Positions 57,193-64,000 of a stretch of 64,000 nucleotides of DNA are shown here, in pieces. The stretch is from Faecousia sp. (GTDB lineage Bacteria; Bacillota; Clostridia; Oscillospirales; Oscillospiraceae). The stretch is from NCBI GenBank assembly GCA_045532855.1, contig JAZSGS010000013.1, forward strand, positions 15,480-79,479, read 5' to 3'. A program made the translations under genes and the position numbers. The notes under the pieces are model-generated. The model worked only from the letters and a program-made list of their open reading frames with translations, ran no database searches and was not told the origin of the DNA. The first letter of the stretch is position 1; every line of letters begins with the position of its first letter.

Positions 57193-59982
57193 TTAAAACT
57201 CGATGTCCAGCTTGGAAATCACGCTGGCGCAGCGGTCGCAGAGGTCGTCTGCATTGGTGCTCAGAGAGTGCATCCAGCACCGGGGGCACTTAGCGCCCTT
57301 GGCCTCGCTGACACCGATGGTCAGGTCGGGGAAGTTGACGCCGTTGCCTACCTCGGCGCCCTCTTCAGGGGCGCTCCAGTCGCAGCTGGATACGATGCAG
57401 ATCTCGGAAAGGTTCACATCAGCGCAAGCTGCCTTCAGCTCGTCGCTGCCCTGCAGCGCCACGTGGGCTTCCAGAGCCTTGCCGATGCGCTTGTCTGCAC
57501 GGGCCTTTTCCAGCACACCGTTGACATCCTGGCGCAGCTTCATAACGGTCTCCCACTTTGCCATCACATCGTCGCACAGCGCATAAGCGCTCAGATCGGT
57601 GGGCATCTGGTTCAGCAGGATGTTGCGGTCGTCATCTCCCTGGCGGTGGGGCATTGCCTGCCAAATTTCGTCGCAGGTAAATGCCAAAATGGGAGCAAAC
57701 AGCTTTGCCATAGCATCCACGATCAGGTACAGAGCGGTCTGGGCGGAGCGGCGGCGGTTGCCGTTGGGCTCTTCGCAGTACAGGCGATCCTTGATGATGT
57801 CCAGATAGAAGGAGCTGAGCTCAACCACGCAGAAATCGTTGATGGCGTGGGTGATCACGTGGAACTCGTAGTTCTCGTAAGCCTTGCGGCACAGAGCCAC
57901 CAGCTCATTCAGCTTGGTCAGCGCCCACTTGTCCAGCTCTTCCATATTCTCTACGCCAACCAGATTGTTGGGATCGAAATCGCTGAGGTTACCCAGGCAG
58001 TAACGGGCGGTGTTACGGAACTTCAGATAGTTCTGGGCGATCTGCTTGAAGATCTCCTTGGAGCAGCGGACATCGGCGTGATAGTCGGAGCTTGCAGCCC
58101 ACAGACGAACGATGTCAGCACCGAAATCCTTGATAAGATCGGCAGGATCAACGCCGTTGCCCAGGCTCTTGTGCATTGCACGGCCTTGGCCGTCCACGAC
58201 CCAGCCATGTGTCAGCACCTGCTTGAAGGGCGCGCCCTGATCCAATGCGCCGACAGAGGTCAGCAGGGAAGATTGGAACCAACCGCGGTACTGGTCAGCG
58301 CCCTCCAGATACACATCTGCAGGCCACAGCTCAGGAGTGCGGTGCATCAAAGATGCAAAGTGGGTAGAGCCGGAGTCAAACCAGCAGTCCAGGGTGTCGG
58401 TTTCCTTGGTAAAGGTCTTGCCGCCGCAGTGGGGGCAGGTGAAGCCTTCGGGAACCAGCTCCATCGCGTCCTTCTCGAACCAAATGTTAGAGCCGTGCTC
58501 ATCGAACAGCTTGGAGATCTTGGCAATAGAATCCGGGTTGGAAACCGGCTTGCCGCAATCGGTGCAGTAGAATACGGGAATGGGCAAGCCCCAACGGCGC
58601 TGACGGGAAATACACCAGTCGGCCCGTTCGCGGATCATACTAACCATACGGTCCTCGCCCCAGGCAGGATACCACTGGACATTCTCAATGGCCTTGACCG
58701 CCTGATCCTTAAAGGATTCCACAGAGCAGAACCACTGGGGAGTGGCGCGGAAGATGACCGGCTTCTTGCAGCGGTCGTGGTGGGGGTAGGAGTGGACGAT
58801 CTCTTCAGAAGCGAACAGCGCGCCACTTTCCTTCATATCCGCCAAAATGACGGGGTTAGACTCTTCGGTCTTTAGACCGGCGTACTTGCCGGCATAATCG
58901 GTGTGGCGGCCGTAGTCGTCCACAGGCACCACCAGATCCATACCGTAGCGCATACAGGTCTGATAGTGGTCAGCACCGAAGCCGGGAGCGGTATGGACAC
59001 AGCCCGTACCGGAATCCATAGTAACATACTCAGCGTAGACCAAACGGGAGGTCTTGTCCAGGAAGGGGTGCTGCGCCAGCATATTCTCAAAGAATGCGCC
59101 GGGATAGGTAGCCAATATCTCGTAGCTGGTGTAGCCGCCCATACCCATAACCTTTTCGCACAGAGCCTCTGCTACGATGAAGGTTTCGTCGCTGTAGTCG
59201 GGCTTGACCAGCACATAGTTGTCCCGGGGGTGCAGGCAGACTGCCATATTGCCGGGCAGTGTCCAGATGGTGGTGGTCCAGATGATAAAGAAGGTCTTGC
59301 TCAGATCGAAGCCGGACAGCTTGCCCAGATCGTCCTTGACCGCGAACTTGACATATACAGAGGTACAGGGATCGTCCTGATACTCGATGTCAGCCTCTGC
59401 CACAGCGGTGGCGCAGAAGGGACACCAGGTAACGGGCTTCAAGCCCTTGTAGATAAAGCCCTTGTCGAACATCCGGCCAAAGACCTTAACCTCCTGAGCC
59501 TCGAAATGCTTGTCCATTGTACGATAGGGATGCGCCCAATCGCCAACGACACCCAGTCGCTTAAAGCCGCCCATCTGCTTCTGAATGAAGTCCTCAGCAA
59601 AGTCCTCACAGGCCTTGCGGAACTCGGGAACGGTCATATCCTTGTTCAGCTTGCTCTTGGACTTTTCGATGGCCCGCTCAATGGGTAGACCGTGGTTGTC
59701 CCAGCCGGGGACATAGGGGGTGTAGTAGCCCATCATTGCGTGGCTGCGGACGATAAAGTCCTTCAGCGTCTTATTCAGGGCGTGGCCCATGTGAATATAG
59801 CCGTTAGAGAAGGGAGGGCCGTCGTGGAGAACGAAGGGGGGCAGATTCTTGTTCTTTTCCAGCATTGCGTTGTAAAGATCCTGCTCCTGCCAGCGCTCCA
59901 GCATACCGGGCTCCCGGGCAGGCAGACCGGCTTTCATAGGAAAGTCCGTCTTCGGGGTGATGATGGTGTTTTTATACTCCAT
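57193..59982 (-). CDS. ileS: Isoleucine--tRNA ligase (type 1)
   Basis: LHDGPP, HMGH, PGWD.HGLPIE, WCISRQR.WG, EG.DQYRGWF, AMHKS, C-terminal CPRC..CDRC; Ile T-box upstream. Confidence 0.97.
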   Translation of the reverse strand: MEYKNTIITPKTDFPMKAGLPAREPGMLERWQEQDLYNAMLEKNKNLPPFVLHDGPPFSNGYIHMGHALNKTLKDFIVRSHAMMGYYTPYVPGWDNHGLPIERAIEKSKSKLNKDMTVPEFRKACEDFAEDFIQKQMGGFKRLGVVGDWAHPYRTMDKHFEAQEVKVFGRMFDKGFIYKGLKPVTWCPFCATAVAEADIEYQDDPCTSVYVKFAVKDDLGKLSGFDLSKTFFIIWTTTIWTLPGNMAVCLHPRDNYVLVKPDYSDETFIVAEALCEKVMGMGGYTSYEILATYPGAFFENMLAQHPFLDKTSRLVYAEYVTMDSGTGCVHTAPGFGADHYQTCMRYGMDLVVPVDDYGRHTDYAGKYAGLKTEESNPVILADMKESGALFASEEIVHSYPHHDRCKKPVIFRATPQWFCSVESFKDQAVKAIENVQWYPAWGEDRMVSMIRERADWCISRQRRWGLPIPVFYCTDCGKPVSNPDSIAKISKLFDEHGSNIWFEKDAMELVPEGFTCPHCGGKTFTKETDTLDCWFDSGSTHFASLMHRTPELWPADVYLEGADQYRGWFQSSLLTSVGALDQGAPFKQVLTHGWVVDGQGRAMHKSLGNGVDPADLIKDFGADIVRLWAASSDYHADVRCSKEIFKQIAQNYLKFRNTARYCLGNLSDFDPNNLVGVENMEELDKWALTKLNELVALCRKAYENYEFHVITHAINDFCVVELSSFYLDIIKDRLYCEEPNGNRRRSAQTALYLIVDAMAKLFAPILAFTCDEIWQAMPHRQGDDDRNILLNQMPTDLSAYALCDDVMAKWETVMKLRQDVNGVLEKARADKRIGKALEAHVALQGSDELKAACADVNLSEICIVSSCDWSAPEEGAEVGNGVNFPDLTIGVSEAKGAKCPRCWMHSLSTNADDLCDRCASVISKLDIEF

Positions 59983-60035
59983 TGGAAGATACCTCCATAT
60001 AAGATTCTTACAGTTCTCTGCGGCAAAGCCACAAA

Positions 60036-60206
60036 AGGCTTCCCCCGGGGGGAAGCTGTCAAAAATCTTTGATTTTTGTCTGATGAGGAATGCGGGCGGC
60101 GATCTTGCGTGCTCTGCATTGTAACAGGCTTATTGTCAAACCCGGGATAAGGATTACCCTCATCCGACCTCGCTTTTGCTCGGCCACCTTCCCCCAGGGG
60201 AAGGCT
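60036..60206. repeat. Longer relative of repeat family A inside the ileS 5' leader
   Basis: GGCTTCCCCCGGGGGGAAGCTGTCAAAAATCTTTGATTTTTG...CCACCTTCCCCCAGGGGAAGGCT; shares terminal-hairpin layout and the AAAATCTTTGATTTT module. Confidence 0.7.
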
Positions 60207-60208
60207 AG

Positions 60209-60450
60209 AAAAAAGCCTTTGTCCCTTGCAATAAGAGACAAAGGCATAAATTACCTCTGCGGTACCACTCTTGTTCCGGCTTTCGCCGGCACTCGTGTGC
60301 GCGGTATCGGGCGCGACCGGCGCAGCTTACTGCCCCAAAGGGGTTCAGCGCGCAGCTCGGAGGGGATGAAATTCTGCCGCCGACACTGCCTTGCACCAAC
60401 CGGCAGCTCTCTGTGAAGGGAGGGTAGAATTTTGTGTCCTCGTCATAGCC
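60209..60450 (-). ncRNA. T-box riboswitch of ileS, Ile (AUC) specifier
   Basis: GCTATGA, AGAGA, GGTGCAA, ATC-C-CCTC-C-GAGC (codon 60365-60367), AAGAGTGGTACCGC, terminator GCCTTTGTC...GACAAAGGC plus U tract. Confidence 0.93.
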
Positions 60451-60460
60451 TGAGGATTAT

Positions 60461-61150
60461 TTAGGTGTGGGGATAATTCCGACCGAACTGCAGGTTGTCA
60501 AACTTGCGGCTGGTGGTATCGTTGACGGGGTGCTTGGGCTCTGCCTTGGGAGCAGGCTCCTCAGCGGGGCCCATCATAGCCTCCAAATTGGAGGAGATCT
60601 CGTCGGCCATAGCCTCAGTAGGATCTACAGCAGGGGCGCCGGAGTCCTTATCGAAGTCATACATCTGCGGACCGCCGGCTACCTTTACAGGAGCGGGGCG
60701 GTTGGATTCCCGGATCTGCTCCAGAGATTGCAGGCAAGCCTTCAGCTGCTCCTCGATCTTCAGGATCTTGGCAGAAGCAGCCACCTTGGCTTCTTCAACT
60801 CTGGCGGTTTCCTCTGCGATCAGAGCATCGGAATTTTTAGCGTTCTCGATGGCGGCAGCATTGGCGTCGTTGAGCATCTGGGTGCACTTGGCTTCTGCTT
60901 CCTTGATCATCTTATCGCAGGCCTTCTGAGAATTGACGATGGCATCCTTCATACTGGCTTCGGTCTGGCGGTATTCCTCCAGCTTGCCAACAAGGACACG
61001 CATCTTGTTCTTCAGCAGGGCGTTCTCTTTGTAAAGGGTGATGTAATCTTCGGTCAAAGGCTCCAGGAACTGGTCAACAGCGTCCATATCATAGCCGCCG
61101 AAAGCCTGCTTACCGAAGGAAATTTGCTCAATTTGTTGGGGTGTAAACAT
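60461..61150 (-). CDS. divIVA: DivIVA domain protein
   Basis: FTPQQI....F....GGYD...VD.FL plus coiled coil; next to sepF and ileS. Confidence 0.85.
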   Translation of the reverse strand: MFTPQQIEQISFGKQAFGGYDMDAVDQFLEPLTEDYITLYKENALLKNKMRVLVGKLEEYRQTEASMKDAIVNSQKACDKMIKEAEAKCTQMLNDANAAAIENAKNSDALIAEETARVEEAKVAASAKILKIEEQLKACLQSLEQIRESNRPAPVKVAGGPQMYDFDKDSGAPAVDPTEAMADEISSNLEAMMGPAEEPAPKAEPKHPVNDTTSRKFDNLQFGRNYPHT

Positions 61151-61173
61151 ATGTTATCCTTTCTCAGAAAGCA

Positions 61174-61701
61174 TTAGATGTAGCTTTCGACTTCGCTCTG
61201 CAGATTTTCCAAATCGCCTACCACATCCATATTGTGGGGGCAGAACAGGTAAGTAGACTGGGCCACCTTCTTGACCTTGCCGTCTACCGCGTAAGCGCAG
61301 CCGGACAGGAAGTCCACAACACGGCGAGCCATAGCCTTGTCCACGTTTTCCATATTCAAAATGACAGCCTTCTTATTGCGCAGATCGTCTGCAGCCTTAG
61401 AGGTGTCGTTGAAGGTGGTGGGGTGGAACAGAACAACCTCCTGGCGGTTGCCCAGGCTGACCACCTGACCGCTGAAACCGCTGCGGCCGGTATTGGTAGC
61501 GGCGGGGGCGGCAGGAGCAGCTTTATAATCGGAGTCATCGTTGGAAGCAAAGTTAAAGAAAGAGCCACGACGGCGGGCAGGACGCTCTTCTACCTCGTCC
61601 TCTTCTTCGAAGGTGTCCATACCTTCTTCTTCGTCGTAATCATCGAAATCGTCGTCACCATAGGGCTGGGTAAACTTCTTCAGATTGTCCCATAAACTCA
61701 T
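61174..61701 (-). CDS. sepF: Cell division protein SepF
   Basis: P..FND....AD.L......ILN.E......ARR.VDFLSG..YA.DG. Confidence 0.92.
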   Translation of the reverse strand: MSLWDNLKKFTQPYGDDDFDDYDEEEGMDTFEEEDEVEERPARRRGSFFNFASNDDSDYKAAPAAPAATNTGRSGFSGQVVSLGNRQEVVLFHPTTFNDTSKAADDLRNKKAVILNMENVDKAMARRVVDFLSGCAYAVDGKVKKVAQSTYLFCPHNMDVVGDLENLQSEVESYI

Positions 61702-61729
61702 AATACTTTCCTCCTGTATGTTAGCATCA

Positions 61730-62443
61730 TTACGGATGCGCGATTGCATAGTTTCTTGCACCGAAAATGGCGGTGCCAACGCGGATCATGGTGCTGCCGC
61801 AACGAATGGCGTCGGCAAAATCATCGGACATTCCCATAGACAGAATTTCCATAGATACATTATCACCTTTTTTTGCCGTTATGTCAACAGCAAGGTTATA
61901 CATTTCTTGAAAAAATTTGTCATTGTCCCCGGGATTTTGACAAATTGGGGGGATCGCCATCAGGCCTTTTACCCCAATATTGGGAAAAGATTGAATTTTG
62001 TCCAAAATTTCCCAAACCTCACCGACAGAAAAACCGCTTTTGTTGTCTTCCTGACCGATGTTGATTTCCAGCAGGATGTCCTGGCAAATGTTCTGCTTGG
62101 CAGCTTCCTTCTGGATGGCGTCCAAAAGGCGCAGACTGTCCACGCTTTGGATCAGATCCACCTTGCCCACCACCTGCTTGACCTTATTGGTCTGCAGATG
62201 ACCGATAAAATGCACCGGCTTGCCCCGATAAGCATCCTCAGAAAGCTTTGCGGTCAGTTCCTGCACCCGGTTTTCACCGCAGCAGTCCACACCGCCCCGG
62301 ATCGCCTCCCGGACGGCATCGGCATCGTTCATTTTCGTGGCGGCGCACAGCAGGATCTTTTCGGGATCCCGTCCGGCAGCAATGGCCGCAGCATTCATTT
62401 TTTGGCGAATGGCGGCGATATTTTCCTGAATAGACATAGGCAT
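61730..62443 (-). CDS. yggS: PLP homeostasis protein YggS
   Basis: AATK, GENRVQE, HFIGHLQTNK, LSMGMS.D, IRVGTAIFG. Confidence 0.95.
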   Translation of the reverse strand: MPMSIQENIAAIRQKMNAAAIAAGRDPEKILLCAATKMNDADAVREAIRGGVDCCGENRVQELTAKLSEDAYRGKPVHFIGHLQTNKVKQVVGKVDLIQSVDSLRLLDAIQKEAAKQNICQDILLEINIGQEDNKSGFSVGEVWEILDKIQSFPNIGVKGLMAIPPICQNPGDNDKFFQEMYNLAVDITAKKGDNVSMEILSMGMSDDFADAIRCGSTMIRVGTAIFGARNYAIAHP

Positions 62444-62454
62444 AACCTCGTGGA

Positions 62455-63762
62455 TTACAGTGTTTTGACGGCGGCTAAAAGGGCGTCCTTTTCGTTGGGA
62501 AGCTGTTCCTCCAGCACCTTGTCCAGCAGGGCGTTGAGGGTTGCGCCAATGGCCTTTCCCGTCAGCCCCAGCGCCTGCAGATCATTTCCGTTTACCGCCA
62601 GATCCTTCAGGGACAGACAGCTCTCTTCATCCAAAATTTCTGCGATCAGCCCTTGGATTTGGGCAAATTGGGGCGCATCGCCCGTAACCCCTTTGCTGCA
62701 GAAGTCGGCCTTTTGCAGTTCCAGCAGCTGGGTAAGGGCTTCCTGTCCGTACCGTCCCAGTTGGCGGCGCAGGGTTTTGCGTTCCGGCAGGATCGTATCC
62801 ATATGGTGCTCGATGAGGAATACCACCCGCTCCCGCAAAGCGGTAGGTGCTTTCAGCTGCAGCAGGATCTCATTTGCCCGCTGCGCGCCCAGTTGGGCGT
62901 GTCCGTAAAAATGCCCCCGACCGGTTTCGTCGGTGGTGAAGGCGGCAGGTTTGCCCACATCGTGGAGCAGCGCAGCCCATCGCAGCGGCAGATCGGCTGA
63001 CACAGCCGCTGTTACATAGGCGGTGTGGGTGAAAACGTCATAGGCGTGATGGGGCGAATGTTGCTGGAAGCCCACCGTTTCCCCAAGGAAGGGGATGACC
63101 TGCGTCAAGATGGGGGCATAGCGAAGAAGATCGGTGGCGTTTACCAAAGGGAGCAGTTGACATAACTCCTCAAACACCCGTTCTCTTGCCAAATTTTCCA
63201 TCAAAGGAGCCAGCTGCGTCATAGCGTTTTCGGTTTGCTGCTCCGGTGTCAGAGCAAACCGGACGGCAAAGCGGACACCCCGCAAAATCCGCAGAGAATC
63301 CTCCCGAAACCGCTGCATCGGATCGCCAACAGCCCGCAAAATCCGGTTTTCCAGATCTGCCTGTCCGCCAAAGGGATCAATAAGACCCCGGGTGGGGGAA
63401 AACGCCATTGCGTTGACGGTAAAGTCCCGGCGGGAAAGGTCGGCTTCAATGTCGGAAACAAAGGTTACGGCGTCCGGGTGGCGATTGTCCAAATAGTCGC
63501 CTTCGGTACGGAAAGTGGTGATCTCCACCACGCCCTCCGGGGTGATCACGCCCACAGTACCGTGCTTTTCGCCTGCTAAAATCAGCTTATAGCCGCAGAA
63601 AATCTCTTTGATCTGCGGCGGCGTTGCAGCGGTGCAAAGATCGTAGTCGTGGGGAACTTTCCCCAGCAGAGAATCCCGCACACAGCCACCCACCGCATAG
63701 CAGGGAAAACCTCTGTTTTCCAATGCGTTCAGGCAGGCAAGCACATACTCTGGGATTACCAT
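62455..63762 (-). CDS. cca: CCA tRNA nucleotidyltransferase / poly(A) polymerase family with HD domain
   Basis: VGGCVRD, DYD, EITTFR, RRDFTVNA, EDSLRILR, LLHDVGKP. Confidence 0.88.
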   Translation of the reverse strand: MVIPEYVLACLNALENRGFPCYAVGGCVRDSLLGKVPHDYDLCTAATPPQIKEIFCGYKLILAGEKHGTVGVITPEGVVEITTFRTEGDYLDNRHPDAVTFVSDIEADLSRRDFTVNAMAFSPTRGLIDPFGGQADLENRILRAVGDPMQRFREDSLRILRGVRFAVRFALTPEQQTENAMTQLAPLMENLARERVFEELCQLLPLVNATDLLRYAPILTQVIPFLGETVGFQQHSPHHAYDVFTHTAYVTAAVSADLPLRWAALLHDVGKPAAFTTDETGRGHFYGHAQLGAQRANEILLQLKAPTALRERVVFLIEHHMDTILPERKTLRRQLGRYGQEALTQLLELQKADFCSKGVTGDAPQFAQIQGLIAEILDEESCLSLKDLAVNGNDLQALGLTGKAIGATLNALLDKVLEEQLPNEKDALLAAVKTL

Positions 63763-63998
63763 TGGTAGTCCTCCTCGTCATCTTCGAGAACGGCATTGGA
63801 CGACAAGGGAATCAGATTGCAAATATCTGTGATCTGCCACACCACTACAGACAGGAAGAAGACAATATTGCTCCAGCCCACCATAGACAGACAGCTAAAG
63901 AAAACAGCAGTAAGGCAGAAAAATGCATAGGAACGGCGATTGCCGTTATCAGCGGCGAAGGCTGCCCGCTGGAAGGTGGCCAGCATCAGGCAGGCGGT
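63756..63998 (-). CDS. C-terminal part of a membrane protein, truncated by window edge
   Basis: Frame open to the edge; hydrophobic segments and acidic tail; stop overlaps the cca start. Confidence 0.5.
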   Translation of the reverse strand, partial: TACLMLATFQRAAFAADNGNRRSYAFFCLTAVFFSCLSMVGWSNIVFFLSVVVWQITDICNLIPLSSNAVLEDDEEDYQW

Positions 63999-64000
63999 TG

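Overview
Chromosomal window of a Firmicutes/Clostridia anaerobe; gene content and sigma-A promoters suggest an Oscillospiraceae-like gut or rumen organism (inference). In order it contains a CofE-like gene (truncated), lacX-like epimerase, DUF1846, the CIRCE-controlled hrcA-grpE-dnaK-dnaJ operon, an N-acetylhexosamine cluster, metY, and a LacI-controlled fucI/fucU sugar locus lacking an aldolase. These are followed by a T-box-controlled amino-acid block, argGH-ABC-argF, a small AT-rich islet beside tRNA-Tyr/tRNA-Thr, ileS, and divIVA-sepF-yggS-cca. The main finding is at about 33.1-47.0 kb. Three acyl-CoA synthetases each sit behind their own T-box riboswitch, with specifier codons Val (GUC), Ile (AUC) and Leu (CUG); the reading register is confirmed by the ileS (AUC) and trpB (UGG) T-boxes in the same window. 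They cluster with a 4-subunit 2-oxoacid:ferredoxin oxidoreductase and a Leu/Val-type dehydrogenase. This looks like a complete starvation-induced route that makes Val/Ile/Leu from isobutyrate/2-methylbutyrate/isovalerate by reductive carboxylation. It includes XRE-cupin-ligase fusions and a catalytically degenerate LeuA coupled to a TIM-barrel-ligase fusion. Neighbouring solo trpB and argF/G/H fit the same salvage theme. Other oddities: a circularly permuted amino-acid binding protein, an IleRS editing-site Asp->His change, an inverted copy of the tRNA-Tyr 3' end, and two families of dispersed palindromic repeats. No CRISPR array, transposase or prophage was seen.
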